This document shows, one piece after another, positions 52,216 through 64,000 of a stretch of DNA of 64,000 nt. The notes beneath the pieces were generated by a model, which saw only the letters and a list, made by a program, of their open reading frames with translations, had not been told where the DNA came from and ran no database searches. The DNA is from Octopus sinensis (lineage: Eukaryota), in NCBI RefSeq assembly GCF_006345805.1, contig NC_043003.1:57164001-57228000 (forward strand), given 5' to 3'. Both the position numbers and the translations under genes were made by a program. The first letter of the stretch is position 1. Every line of letters starts with the position of its first letter.

Positions 52216-52740
52216 GTGGTATAAAACCGACAAATATCAAGGAATAATGTTTGTAGAGGCCACACCCCTTGGAGAACCAGCCTGTAGATTTAGGAAAGCT
52301 CTGAAGAAGATCAAACTCAACATTAAGATTATTGAAAACCAGGGAACTCCGTCAGATCACAACTATGTAGGACGTACCCCTTTGAGAATACCATATACAC
52401 AAAAGATAACTGCATGGTATGTAGGATTAGCCCCGGCATTAACAGTAGAACTAGAAATGTAGCATAAGATGCACAGAAGGACATGAACATAGCATACATA
52501 GATGAGACATCTAGGAGCATTGTGGAATGACTAAATGGACATTTGAGACGATATGACGACAAAGGAAACAGTCCTCCATACTCTACTAAAATGCCAAGGA
52601 CCAGCATGGAAGCAACCTAGATCAACTTGACATCCGCATCTTATCCAAGCACCCAAAGGACCTAAAACTCAGACAAATACAGAGGTACATCCTCAGAAAT
52701 GAAACTTACTCAATACAAAATAGGAAATATACGTAGTAGA
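52215..52740 (+). pseudogene. PLE GIY-YIG endonuclease remnant
   Basis: AYIDETSRSIVE*LNGHLRR at 52492-52553, resembling YIGETxRxLxxRxxEH; upstream NV and RKALKK context. Confidence 0.6.
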
Positions 52741-53759
52741 TATCATACCCTCATACGCACAGTTTATACAGGCAGAGTATAATAGTTAGTAGGCTGTTAT
52801 ATAGATAGATATATGTATGTGTGTGTGGGGGTGTATATATATATATATATGCACATGTATATAAGCATATGCATATGAAAGTAAACAGACATGCAGAGAT
52901 AGGTACGTAGATTATATGAACAGACAAGAACACATACACCAACATTAATAAATGAAGACTGAAACACATGACCATACTTCACTTCACAGAAGAACACATA
53001 TGGAGATAAACGTCCATACATACAAACACAGTACATAGTTGCAGAAAAAAACATACACAAATACTCACTCAGATATGCACACACAAGGAGTCAGAGGTAC
53101 ACGCATGCAAACACACACATGCATAAAACACACAAACACATGAGTATGCCGAATACATATATACAAATGTACACACATACATACATATATACATATGCAC
53201 ACACACACACATATACATGCATATATGCATACCCCCCTCCACACACACACAAACATATATATATATATATTTATATTACATATAGACAGACAGATAGACA
53301 GATGGATAAATGGAAAAACCGATGTCATGGGAGAGGAATATATATATACATATATATATATATATATTATATATATATATATATATATATCCCTCTCTCG
53401 CATGGCATCATTGATTCCATTTGTATGTATATAATTGTACTTATATTTGCATGTATACACTTACGTGTTTATATACTTAATTATGAAATTATGAAGATGA
53501 AATATGTCAGTCTTGTTGTTTCAACCCAAGGTAACCTTAATTGAATATCCAATCATGACTATCTCTTCGTGTTTGATCGGGTGCTTTTTTCCAATATACA
53601 TTCCAACAAAACAAATCCACTCTCAAAAAAGAACAAAAACACATAAATAACAATGAAAGGACTTAATTGGAGTTATTTCCCTTGAGAGTATTTTTTGGAG
53701 GTTTTAACTCTTTAGCATTCAGATTATTATGTGAAATATATCGCTTATTTATTCACATA

Positions 53760-53941
53760 CGCGCAGGAGTGGCTGTGTGGTAAATTGCTTGTTTACCAAC
53801 GACTTGGTTCCGGGTTCAGTGCCACTGCATAGCACCTTGGGCAAGTGTCTGTTAATATAACCTCGGGCTGCCAAAGCCCTGTGAGTGGATTTGGTAGACA
53901 AAAACTGAAAGAAGCCCGTCGTATATGTGTGTGTGCGTGCG

Positions 53942-54004
<63 letters not shown>

Positions 54005-54006
54005 CT

Positions 54007-54042
<36 letters not shown>

Positions 54043-54232
54043 CACCCAAGTATTGATTGGCAACCAATGTTGGTATGTTTACATCCTCGTCACTTAGCAG
54101 TTCGGCAAAAGATATCGATAGAATAAGTATTAGGCTTACAAGGAATAAGTCCCGGGATCGATTTGCTCGACTAAAGGCGGTGTTCCTGCATGGCCGCCGT
54201 CTAATGACTGAAACAAGTAAAAGAATAAAAGA
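53760..54232 (+). mobile_element. SINE A, full length with a long (TG)n
   Basis: Head, core, microsatellite and tail all present. Confidence 0.93.
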
Positions 54233-54894
54233 AAAAAAGAACTGTTTTGATTCAATCATGAATTCTATTGTAGCTTCCTTTGTTCGATGATGTGATTGTT
54301 TATTTTTATAATGACAAGGTAGGGTTGGTGTGAGGGACCAAACTTGGCCAGTTTGATTATCAAGTAGGTAAAATATATTGACCGGATATTGCAGCGAGAA
54401 ATTTACGTAGTGATTATGTAGATAATCGGTTTTTCAGCTCACTTTGTGGAATCCTAACGTATTTTTTTATTTAGTTTACAGATCCTTCTTTGGTATTTTC
54501 CTCAGCAATATCCTCACTCTTTCTTCTCTCATACATAGTACTTATATTCCAATATAAACAATTTCTGCTGTTATAAACATTATTTCTGTTCCAATAAACA
54601 CTATTTGTATTATGTTAGGTGAATGTGGATTTGATATTTAATGCCTTAAGCTGCTAAATAATGTGATATCGGAAAAAATAAGCGCTAACTTATGACGCAA
54701 ACTGCAAGCAAGCAAGAGATCCAGTGTGAGTGTGGTGTGGTCATTCGACATGCCAGAAATAGCGGCTAAATGTTTTGCAAGCAACACCCTACTATCATGA
54801 AAAATAAAGCCTATTGGATAGTGTAGTCCGGAGCAACAAAACGTTTTTTTTTTTATTTCGCTATTCCACCACCATTGTCATTTTTACTGTTGGC

Positions 54895-55110
54895 ATGAAG
54901 GTTGCGGGCTGGCAAAGTCGTTAGCGCCGACAAAATGCTCAGCGGTATTTCGTCTGTTTTTTGTCTTTCTTTATGTTCTGAGTTCAAATTCTCCCGAGGT
55001 CAGCTCTGCCTTTTATTCTTTCGGGGGCGATAAAATAAGTACTATTTGAACACTGGGGTCAACGTAATCGACTTTTTCCACCCTCAAATAATTTCAAGAC
55101 TAGTAATTTT
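54895..55110 (+). mobile_element. SINE B (B2)
   Basis: aaggttgcgggctggcaaagtcgttagc..gagttcaaattc..ggggtcaacgtaatcgac. Confidence 0.85.
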
Positions 55111-55161
55111 AGTAGAAAAAAGAAAAAAGTATTACACACACACACACACACAAACAAACAC

Positions 55162-55196
<35 letters not shown>

Positions 55197-56233
55197 CACA
55201 CAAACACACAGATAGATAAATCGAGAGAGAGATTTTCTGAAAAATATCCCGGAATAATAATGAGTTTGCCTGTGTTTAAACAACAGCACCAAGGGCTATT
55301 CATAGCTCAGGAACCATGTATATAGAGCTTGAAGAACTGAACATAAGATTGAGCAACTTTCATTAAATTTCCTTAGGGAAAAGCTATAAATGGACAGCAG
55401 TGAAATATACTATTGTGCTTACTCTAAGCACGATTCTTGTGCAAATAAAGAATCATGATACATTCTCGTGTCTGTTTTAACCCGGCATTTGTGACGTTGC
55501 ATTCTACACGGTGGCGCAAAAGTCACGCACCAAAACATTTGGCATTATATTCCTATTATGATATTATCATCATTATTCGTTTTGTTCATCATGTTATAAA
55601 GTATGCGTGTATTCATCATAGATTTACTTACTATAATCAATTTTAAAAAATCCGGTGCGTATTGAAATTATTTTGTGCTTGGCTTTTGACCCACTCTGCA
55701 CTTAATCTGTAGCTGAAGTACATTCATATAAGCAGTAATAACAACGATTTCTATAACTGGCACAATTCTACAAACTACAAACTGTTTGGAGGTTGAAATA
55801 TCGCATTCATTTTATCAACCACGAAAAATAAAACGATTAATTTGACTTCGACGAAAATGAAACTTAGAAATAAAAAGATACTGGCTCTCTCTGCCTTTAT
55901 TTATCGATGCTTCATAAAAACATGTTTAACTTATATACCTCGGCTTATATCATGCTGATGCTTTCTAAAAAGAATGAAACAATGTATACCAAAAATTAAA
56001 TGCTTTTCAGGACAATATTAGAACTTGAAAAATAATAAATGTGTATGTTAAGGCGGTGTCCAACATGGCCGCAGTCACATGACTGAAACAAGTAAAAGAA
56101 TATTCTTTTTCATTTCAGACTCATTCTTATTTAACTTGTACTTGCTTCTCGCTAGGGGACTCCAACTATTATTTTCTCTTCTCATCGTTAAATATGGAAA
56201 ACACCTCGACAGTTATTTTGTTTCTATTAAAAG

Positions 56234-56337
56234 ATTTATTTGGGAGAACACATATCCTTGGATGAAACATTAGAGAGTCACCCCCTATGCAAGAGGTACA
56301 GAGTTGGTCAAAATTTTGCCGGAGAGACGCTGAAGAA
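56234..56337 (+). CDS. Candidate exon (IYLGEHISLDETLESHPLCKRYRVGQNFAGETLK), product unknown
   Basis: Acceptor ttttgtttctattaaaag|, donor GAA|gtaagg, open frame, non-repetitive sequence. Confidence 0.35.
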
Positions 56338-56671
56338 GTAAGGACAGAAGATCCAGATAGTGTCGAGGAATAAATTTATACGTTTTGCTATTTGTTATTA
56401 TAAAGAAGATTTCTCTCTCCGTCTGGCAGCAGGTGGACGTGTCCATATTGTAAAATTGTCGATGTGGTTTCAGTTTTTGATGACACAGACATTGTCCTTA
56501 TTGTTATTGTAGCTGTTTCTTTTCTTGTTTTGTATTAGCTATTTTTTACGATGGTATTGACGCTGTTCAGAGTAGAGGAAGCCGTCAACCAAGTGATTCT
56601 CGGTGTTTTAATGCAATTATAGGAATAAGTGTGCATTTCTCTGTGCTCACAGACACACACGCACACGCACG

Positions 56672-56725
<54 letters not shown>

Positions 56726-57059
56726 TATACGTCCAGACAATAGCGGTTGGAATGTTAAAGTTCCCGACCTAAAATCGTCCGCTCATAATAAAATAATTAT
56801 ATTCTATATGAAAGATACATTCAAAAAATAGTTATTCACGTAAAAGTTGAGATCAAATTTATTTTCATCACTCGGCAGTCTTCATTGTTTTATTTTCTCC
56901 TGCTTTTCTTTTTCTTTTTGTTTCTCTTTCCATCATTTGGTGAATAGGAAAGGGTGCTATTCGTTATTCGTTTTTATTTTTAGTCATTTACTTAAGGATA
57001 CACAATTCATAATGATAGATTAAATTGCCTCAAATCGTATTCTTCGTAGCAGAAATGAT

Positions 57060-57900
57060 GGTTTATTGTGAATATAGACGAGATATGGCGAAGGGGAAAT
57101 AAAAAGTGGGGAGTATGTCATATAACAGTGATGGCGATAGGAAGTGGAGAGAAATGATAATTGATAGAAAGAAGAAATATGTGAAGGAGAAGCAGAGCGG
57201 GAAACGATGATAAATAAATGTAAAATAGAAGGTGGAGGAGGAGGAGGAAGAGGAGGATATAGAGGAAGAGGACGAGGAAAAGAAGGAGGAAGGGTGATGT
57301 GGAGGTAGAAGAAAAGAAAAGAAATGAAGAAGAAAAAGTGCAAAAATGATGATGATAGTGATGACGACGACGACGAAGAAGAAGAAGAAGAAGAAGAAGA
57401 AGAAGAAGAAGAAGAAGAAGAAGAAGAAGAAGAAGAAGAAGAAGAAGAAGAAGAACGTAGTCAAGCGGTAGAAAGATATAGGTGGGGATGCTAAAAGAGC
57501 AGAGAGGAAGAGATATAGAGAGATACATTCTAAGTTAGTGAAAAGCAGTAAAAGTGGAATGTGTGCATCAACTATAAAGAGGAAAAGATAACTCAATGAG
57601 GGAGAAAGTGAGATAGAAAAATATTGATAGAGAGCTGGCGAGAGTGAAGTGAATATACAGAGAGAAAGAGAGAAAATTGAAGGGAAAACAAGGAAAAATA
57701 TTACGATGTGGAAGACAGTAATAAGAAAAAAAAAAGAACAAGAGAATGCGAGAAAGAAAACAAGCAACATAAATAGAGAGACAAATAAAAGAAAAGAGAT
57801 GCGAAAAAGATTCACAAAGGCGAAAGAGAGGAGGTGAAGAACAATGAACGAGAGAAGTGAAAGATGGCTATGAAAGATTTAGGTGATGGATAGATAGAAA
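57060..57900. repeat. Purine-rich tract with (GAA)n
   Basis: (GAA)n at about 57375-57455 inside GA-rich sequence. Confidence 0.9.
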
Positions 57901-58781
57901 GAAGAAAGATAAGGAGTTTGGAGAAGGTTGGTGGGGGGTAGTATTTCTTTACCGTTGACAAGTCATGCGTTAGGCCACCGATAAGCAGGAAGCTAAAATT
58001 TTCCTTAAAGAACGGAAGAAATAACTTCCAATCTGATCCATGATATAAAAGCCAGGAGAAGATAAAAGAATAAAAAAAAATCGAATCTAAGATGGCGCTT
58101 AACGATATTTTGTAGCTTCCGCTTAAACTTAACGTGTAACGTTATTAAAGACGGGTCTTGATCAGAACTAGCTAGATAGATATCGCACTATGAAGACCTA
58201 CTATGAGGCCAGAAAGTACTTATTATATAACATAGCAGCATAAACATAGCCATACATTAAATCACGTGTTGCAATGGTGGAAAGATCTGTGAGGGCACTC
58301 GACCAGCTAGAAATAATATCTAAAATTCCCTCAAACCATACCCTTTTCTTTGTATGAAGGAAGGAAACATCGCATCATGTACTCTTAGATACAGAAGCCG
58401 AAAATAAGATAGGCTTGTCATGTCTGAAACACCTGTGATCAAAGAATGCATTTTAATACCTCAGATTTGTACTAAGTAATGATATCGAATCAGTGTAGGA
58501 GGCTGTAAAAAGATCTTGCTAGAAATAGCAGCCAAATCTGTCTTAGATTATAGACTACTGTCTCAGGAAAAGGAGATATTGGAAAATGTAGTAGAGGATA
58601 TTCTTGCAATGTCTGTCTGAGAAGGGGTGGAAATGGTTGGATGTTCAATAAAAGAAGGATAACTAGGGTTGAAGCAACAAGAATAACATGTATCCCAGGT
58701 TTATAACCTATTTATATTAGTACGTAACTCCCCCTCACTAATCCTATTGCTAATCACTCTCTTTCTCTCTCTCTCTCTCTC

Positions 58782-58823
<42 letters not shown>

Positions 58824-59344
58824 TTATTTCGCTCTCTGTAAACAGCCATAAGCAGCAGTAGCAGTAATTTCTAGTCAAACAACCATGAGTATATAAGTAC
58901 GTAAGTTCATATGCATAAGTATACATACATATGAGTGTGTGTGTGTATGAATGTATGCATATATGGACGTTTTTACGCATACATATACAAATATAAGTTT
59001 CTTGTATATAGCACCAAACTGTATACAAACTCAATATCACACACACACGCACGTGCGTCCATACATTCATTCTTAGTTCATTGCATAATGGTTATATATC
59101 TGCTTTTTTGTACTATCTGAAATAACTTCTACCATACGAGTGAAAAGTAGGTACACGTAAAACGTTCTGAAACCTAAAGAAAGTACTCTCTTGATACATC
59201 AAGTACACAATCTCACCAAGTATAGCACAACACTATGTCCGTTTCTCAAACTTTATTTGCAATACTCTTGTCTATAGATTACTCAACTACATACAAGTTG
59301 ATACACAGAAAACATAGTCCTTTTCACTGAAAAATCTTGGATAC

Positions 59345-59900
<556 letters not shown>

Positions 59901-60004
59901 ATGCGAGGATCATTGTATCATTAAACACATAAGCATATGTAATACCATCGTTTTTGTTTTGCTTTAGGTTGCGGTTGTCTCAGGTTTAGAACTATTATAC
60001 AAAC

Positions 60005-60365
60005 TTATTATTGAGTGAGAGCAGCGCGTGCCATCAAAATGACACTGTGGTACATATATACGCAGCCCAATATACCCATCATAACTATCCATATGATAAG
60101 GATACAGCAAACACATTGCCTCACAACCATGCGTGCGTGACGTGGTGACTTTATATCAAGATAAACCTTGCAAGTGTGGTCCAGTTAGAATTTTCTTCAG
60201 ATCGAGTAGATCACCACGGTCAAAATGTCCCTGAATAAGGGTTGTTTAAGGGTGATGAACCAAACACTTATATTTCGAGAGGTGAATTACTGAAACCCCA
60301 GAGAATTCCACTATGATGCTCCCCGACTACGCCTGATCTTGATCAGAGATGCACATATCGTCAGC
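60005..60365 (+). repeat. Interspersed repeat F, copy 2
   Basis: Homologous to 51970-52215. Confidence 0.75.
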
Positions 60366-60401
60366 ATGTAAGGGACATGTATGTATGTATGTATGTATGC
60401 T

Positions 60402-60887
60402 ATGTCAGGTCACTTTCGAGTGCTACTGGTAACATGTAACCCAGTACAACCTGTTACATGGTCGGGTCGTCGGCGACTAAACCGGCAACCCCACCAAGCT
60501 TGCTTGGTGAGGAGGGTGTTTATTGGACACCTTGCGGGATGAAAAACAAAACCCGTCAAAGGGCGGAGGAACTCTCGAGAGTCAATGGCCATCCAATAAA
60601 TGTCTTAAGGCTGTATCATGTGCGGAGACATAGAAATAATCGGACTGAATACCCGATCGCACGGTTAAGCCATTGGGAGTGAAGGACTCCTAGCCTTTGT
60701 TAGGGCATCCTTCTAGGAGAAGGTAACTCAGGTAACTGGAATAACTCCGACATAAAACCTGCGGTTCAGTGGTTACCGATGATGTTGACATTTTCTTCTT
60801 TTCGGATTATGGCTGCTGTTGCTTAGTGATAACAACATTGATTAAGCTTCGCGCAACGGCCATACTCGATAACGAGGGGGCAGCCAC
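60402..60887 (+). mobile_element. Element E, copy 2
   Basis: Same two ends as 4341-4895; flanked by (TATG)n on both sides. Confidence 0.78.
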
Positions 60888-61024
60888 CATGTATGTATGC
60901 ATGGATGGGTGTTGCATGTATGTATGTAGGTATGTTGCATATATATTCATATAGACGTAGATATACTTACATAAACTAGGTATCCACCGACTTACTTATT
61001 CATGCATATGTGAACATAAGTATT

Positions 61025-61601
61025 ATTCTTTTCTACTCAAGGTACAAGGCCCAAAATTTGGGGGTAGGGGCCAGTTGGTTACATAGATCCCAGTACGCAA
61101 CAGGTACTTAATTTATCAACCCCGAAACAATGAAATGCAAAGTCGACCTCAGCGGACTTTGAACTCAGAATGTAAAGACAGACGAAATACTTATTTTTTT
61201 ACTATCCACAAGGGGCTAAACACAGAAGGGGCAAACAAGGACAAACAAACGGATTAAGTCGGTTACATCGACCCCAGTACCTAACTGGTACTTAATTTAT
61301 CGACCCCGAAACAATGAAATGCAAAGGCGACTTCAGCGGACTTTGAACTCAGAACGTAAAGACAGACGAAATACTTATTTTTGTACTATCCACAAGGGGC
61401 TAAACACAGAAGGGGCAAACAAGGACAAACAAACGGATTAAGTCGGTTACATCGACCCCAGTACCTAACTGGTACTTAATTTATCGACCCCGAAAGGATG
61501 AAAGGCAAAGTCGAGCTCGGCGGAACTCAGAACGTAACGGCAGACGAAATACCGCTAAGCATTTCGCCCGGCGTGCTAACGTTTCTGCCAGCTTGCCGCC
61601 T
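61025..61601 (-). mobile_element. SINE B trimer (head-B1-B1/B2-B2)
   Basis: Junctions gaaatac|ttattt at 61190 and 61374; period 184 bp. Confidence 0.9.
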
Positions 61602-62121
61602 TGCACATAAGCAATATTACATATAAACTGAACAGAATTTTGTTCAACTGCTATGCATATATTCATACACATACCACAATAAAACTAACAAGTATATTTA
61701 CAGACCTAACGACGATTCAAAGAGATGCTCCGGTACATAAATGAATACACGTAACCACGCACAAATATGTTATATGCAGACAAGAACACAATCATAAATG
61801 TACAAATGCGTTAAACAGAGACACACACCGAATATACCTACATACACACACAAGCAGATTCATACGTTCATTTATACATCTGTATAAAAACAAACCAACA
61901 CACACACTAACAGACGCATCACTTACAATTAACCATGAAGTTGTTCAATAATCATACTGACAACGATGTCTGTAGTTTGTTGATACGAAAAGTAGATAAA
62001 ATTATCCGGCGAGAATCTATTCAATGCCTATCAAAAGTTTATCTATCGCAGACTGACTGGCTGAATGTTGCATATTCAAAACTATGCAAAGGGTATCTTT
62101 AAGTTTAAATTGCTGCTCAAG

Positions 62122-62160
62122 GATTAAACAAAGTGCTAACGATAATCAGCATTTCGAACC
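62122..62160 (+). CDS. Candidate 39-nt exon (IKQSANDNQHFEP)
   Basis: Donor ACC|gtgagt; phase 2, compatible with 56234-56337. Confidence 0.25.
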
Positions 62161-62447
62161 GTGAGTGTACTGGAGAAAATTACTTCGATTGCCCGAATAC
62201 TCGTAGCAACATCTGACTGGCCTATACTGTCGAATGTTCGAGTATATATAGCGCTCTAGTGAAAGAGGTCGAGTGAGCTTTAAATATGTGTGTGTGCACA
62301 CGCGTGGTCCCTCTTTCTTTCGTTTGTCCTCTCACTCGTATATATATATATATTTATGTATGTATATATATGAGTGTGTGTGTGTATATATATGTATATA
62401 CATATATATGGATACATCTATATATATGTGTGTATATATGTATATAC

Positions 62448-62480
<33 letters not shown>

Positions 62481-62482
62481 CC

Positions 62483-62816
62483 CTTTTACTCTTTTACTTG
62501 TTTCTGTCATTTGACTGCGGCCATACTGGAGCATCGCCTTTAGTCGAGCAAATCGACCCCGGGACTTATTCTTTGTAAGCCCAGTACTTATTCTATCGGT
62601 CTCTTTTGCCGAACCGCTAAGTGAGGTGACGTAAACACACCAGCATCGGTTGTCAAGCAATGCTAGGGGGACAAACACAGACACACAAACATATACACAC
62701 ACACACTTATATATAAATACATATATACGACAGGCTTCTTTCAGTTTCCGTCTACCAAATCCGCTCACAAGGCATTGGTCGGTTAGCAAGCTACTTACCA
62801 CACAGCCACTCCTGCG

Positions 62817-62819
<3 letters not shown>
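62483..62819 (-). mobile_element. SINE A with a deletion between head and core
   Basis: ggcattggtcgg is joined directly to ttagcaagctacttaccacacagccactcctgcgcc. Confidence 0.9.
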
Positions 62820-62861
<42 letters not shown>

Positions 62862-62958
62862 GAATTGCTGTTTTAGAAAAACGTATGATAACAGAAAACA
62901 ACTTTATTATTGAAAAAGACGTGCATATAAACTGGATTATCTTATTTATAATATGATG

Positions 62959-63979
62959 TTATTCAATGTAGCTTCCTTCACCACCTCTAACTGATTCTAT
63001 GCGAGACCTAATTCGTCTGCAAGCCTGAATCTAGTGGCCCTGATTCATATCGAACATTACTATGTTCACGGCGCTTTTCAGAGTATTCTTGGCGTTATGC
63101 CGATGTTAATTGATCTCTCTTTCAACAACCCTCCACACATAGCATTGCAACGGATTGAGATTTGGTGAGTTTAGAGGCCAAATGTTAGGGACTATATGGT
63201 CATGAAAATTGTCACCCATCCATTCTTGTATTGAGCATTCTGTGATGCGGCAGAGCCGTGCTGAAACACGTACCAGTCTTCCATTATGTACTCTGTCTAT
63301 GCAGGGCTTGACAACTGCTTCCAAAATTTCAATGCAAACAGCAGAACTAGCTCTAAGGCCTTGTGGAAATAAGTGAGGAGGCATCATAGGTCCTTCATTA
63401 CTGAAAACTCCAAAAGCAATAAAAATTTCAGGAAATGTTGTGTGTCTGACTGTCGGAACTTCAAAGTGTCCGAACCTAACTATCTGTAATTCTTACTGTT
63501 AATCTCCTATCTTTGGTCAAAGATTTTCTCATCCAAAGAAAACAAAATCATGTTTAATAATCTTAGAGATTTAATCAAATGATTTTCCTTTTGTCTTTTC
63601 TGACATGAACTGACCTCCCTTCATCACATTAGACTTGTCTTTTATATCGTCGTGGAAAGCATTTTCTAATTGTCCCTTCTGACACACGGAGATCTTTTGC
63701 AATTGACTTCATGGATTTTCTGGGATTTCAGACAATGATCTGCTGAAATTATTGAATAAATTCAGGTGTTCTGATGGTATTGAGGTGTTGGGATAATTGT
63801 GATACCTTTCAATACTGGTGATACCTTTTCACCTGAGGCTTCTATCTCCTTGCGAATATTGTAGTCGACAGATCTGGAGACTTTTAAAAATTGAGCTCCC
63901 TCTAAACCGCTGTGTTCAGCCTATGAGCCACAATTGCAGTATGCTTCTTCATTTCCTGAGAAAGCTGAGGGTTTGCCAT
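62959..63979 (-). pseudogene. Decayed DD37D (maT-type) Tc1/mariner transposase; the element may extend past the window
   Basis: MANPQLSQEMKKH start, KSIAKDLRVSEGTIRK HTH, LDEKIF (FSDEK-like), NEGPMMPPH, IWPLNSPNLNPL, ACRRIRSRIE..EGSYIE*. Confidence 0.85.
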
Positions 63980-64000
63980 TATTATTTTCTGGAACGTAAA

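Noticed and set aside
53703-54410. piggyBac-like MITE (TTAA|CTCTTTAGC) hosting SINE A
   Set aside because: Only the left end is suggestive; no matching right TIR or TTAA could be confirmed.
58035-58100. TATA-like gatataaaag and YY1-like aagatggcg
   Set aside because: Short motifs expected by chance; no supporting transcript evidence.
60410-60520. Twister or HDV-like ribozyme at the 5' end of element E
   Set aside because: Manual fitting failed: no P4 compatible with the L4 motif, no P1.1 GG and no J4/2.

Overview
AT-rich, microsatellite-saturated animal genomic DNA, probably intronic or intergenic. The repeat landscape resembles an octopus or other cephalopod genome, which is inference and not verified. 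No complete protein-coding gene, rRNA, true tRNA or CRISPR array is supportable, and most listed ORFs are translations of microsatellites. The window is dominated by three tRNA-derived SINE families (called A, B and C here). It also holds relics of CR1/L2-like, RTE, L1/Tx1-like and Penelope-like (PLE) retroelements, Tc1, mariner and DD37D transposons, a non-autonomous Helitron and MITE-like elements. Highlights: (1) a 772-bp foldback (two 363-bp arms, 6 mismatches) with an intact type I hammerhead ribozyme in each arm, plus further hammerhead relics in other PLE-type families; (2) an ORF1-only Tx1/L1-like insertion with a 14-bp TSD inside a SINE head; (3) a CR1-like LINE sharing its 3' stem-loop with the SINE it landed in; (4) SINE B multimers joined at the same internal site at three loci; (5) a loopless 189-bp palindrome. 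A few candidate host exons are reported at low confidence.
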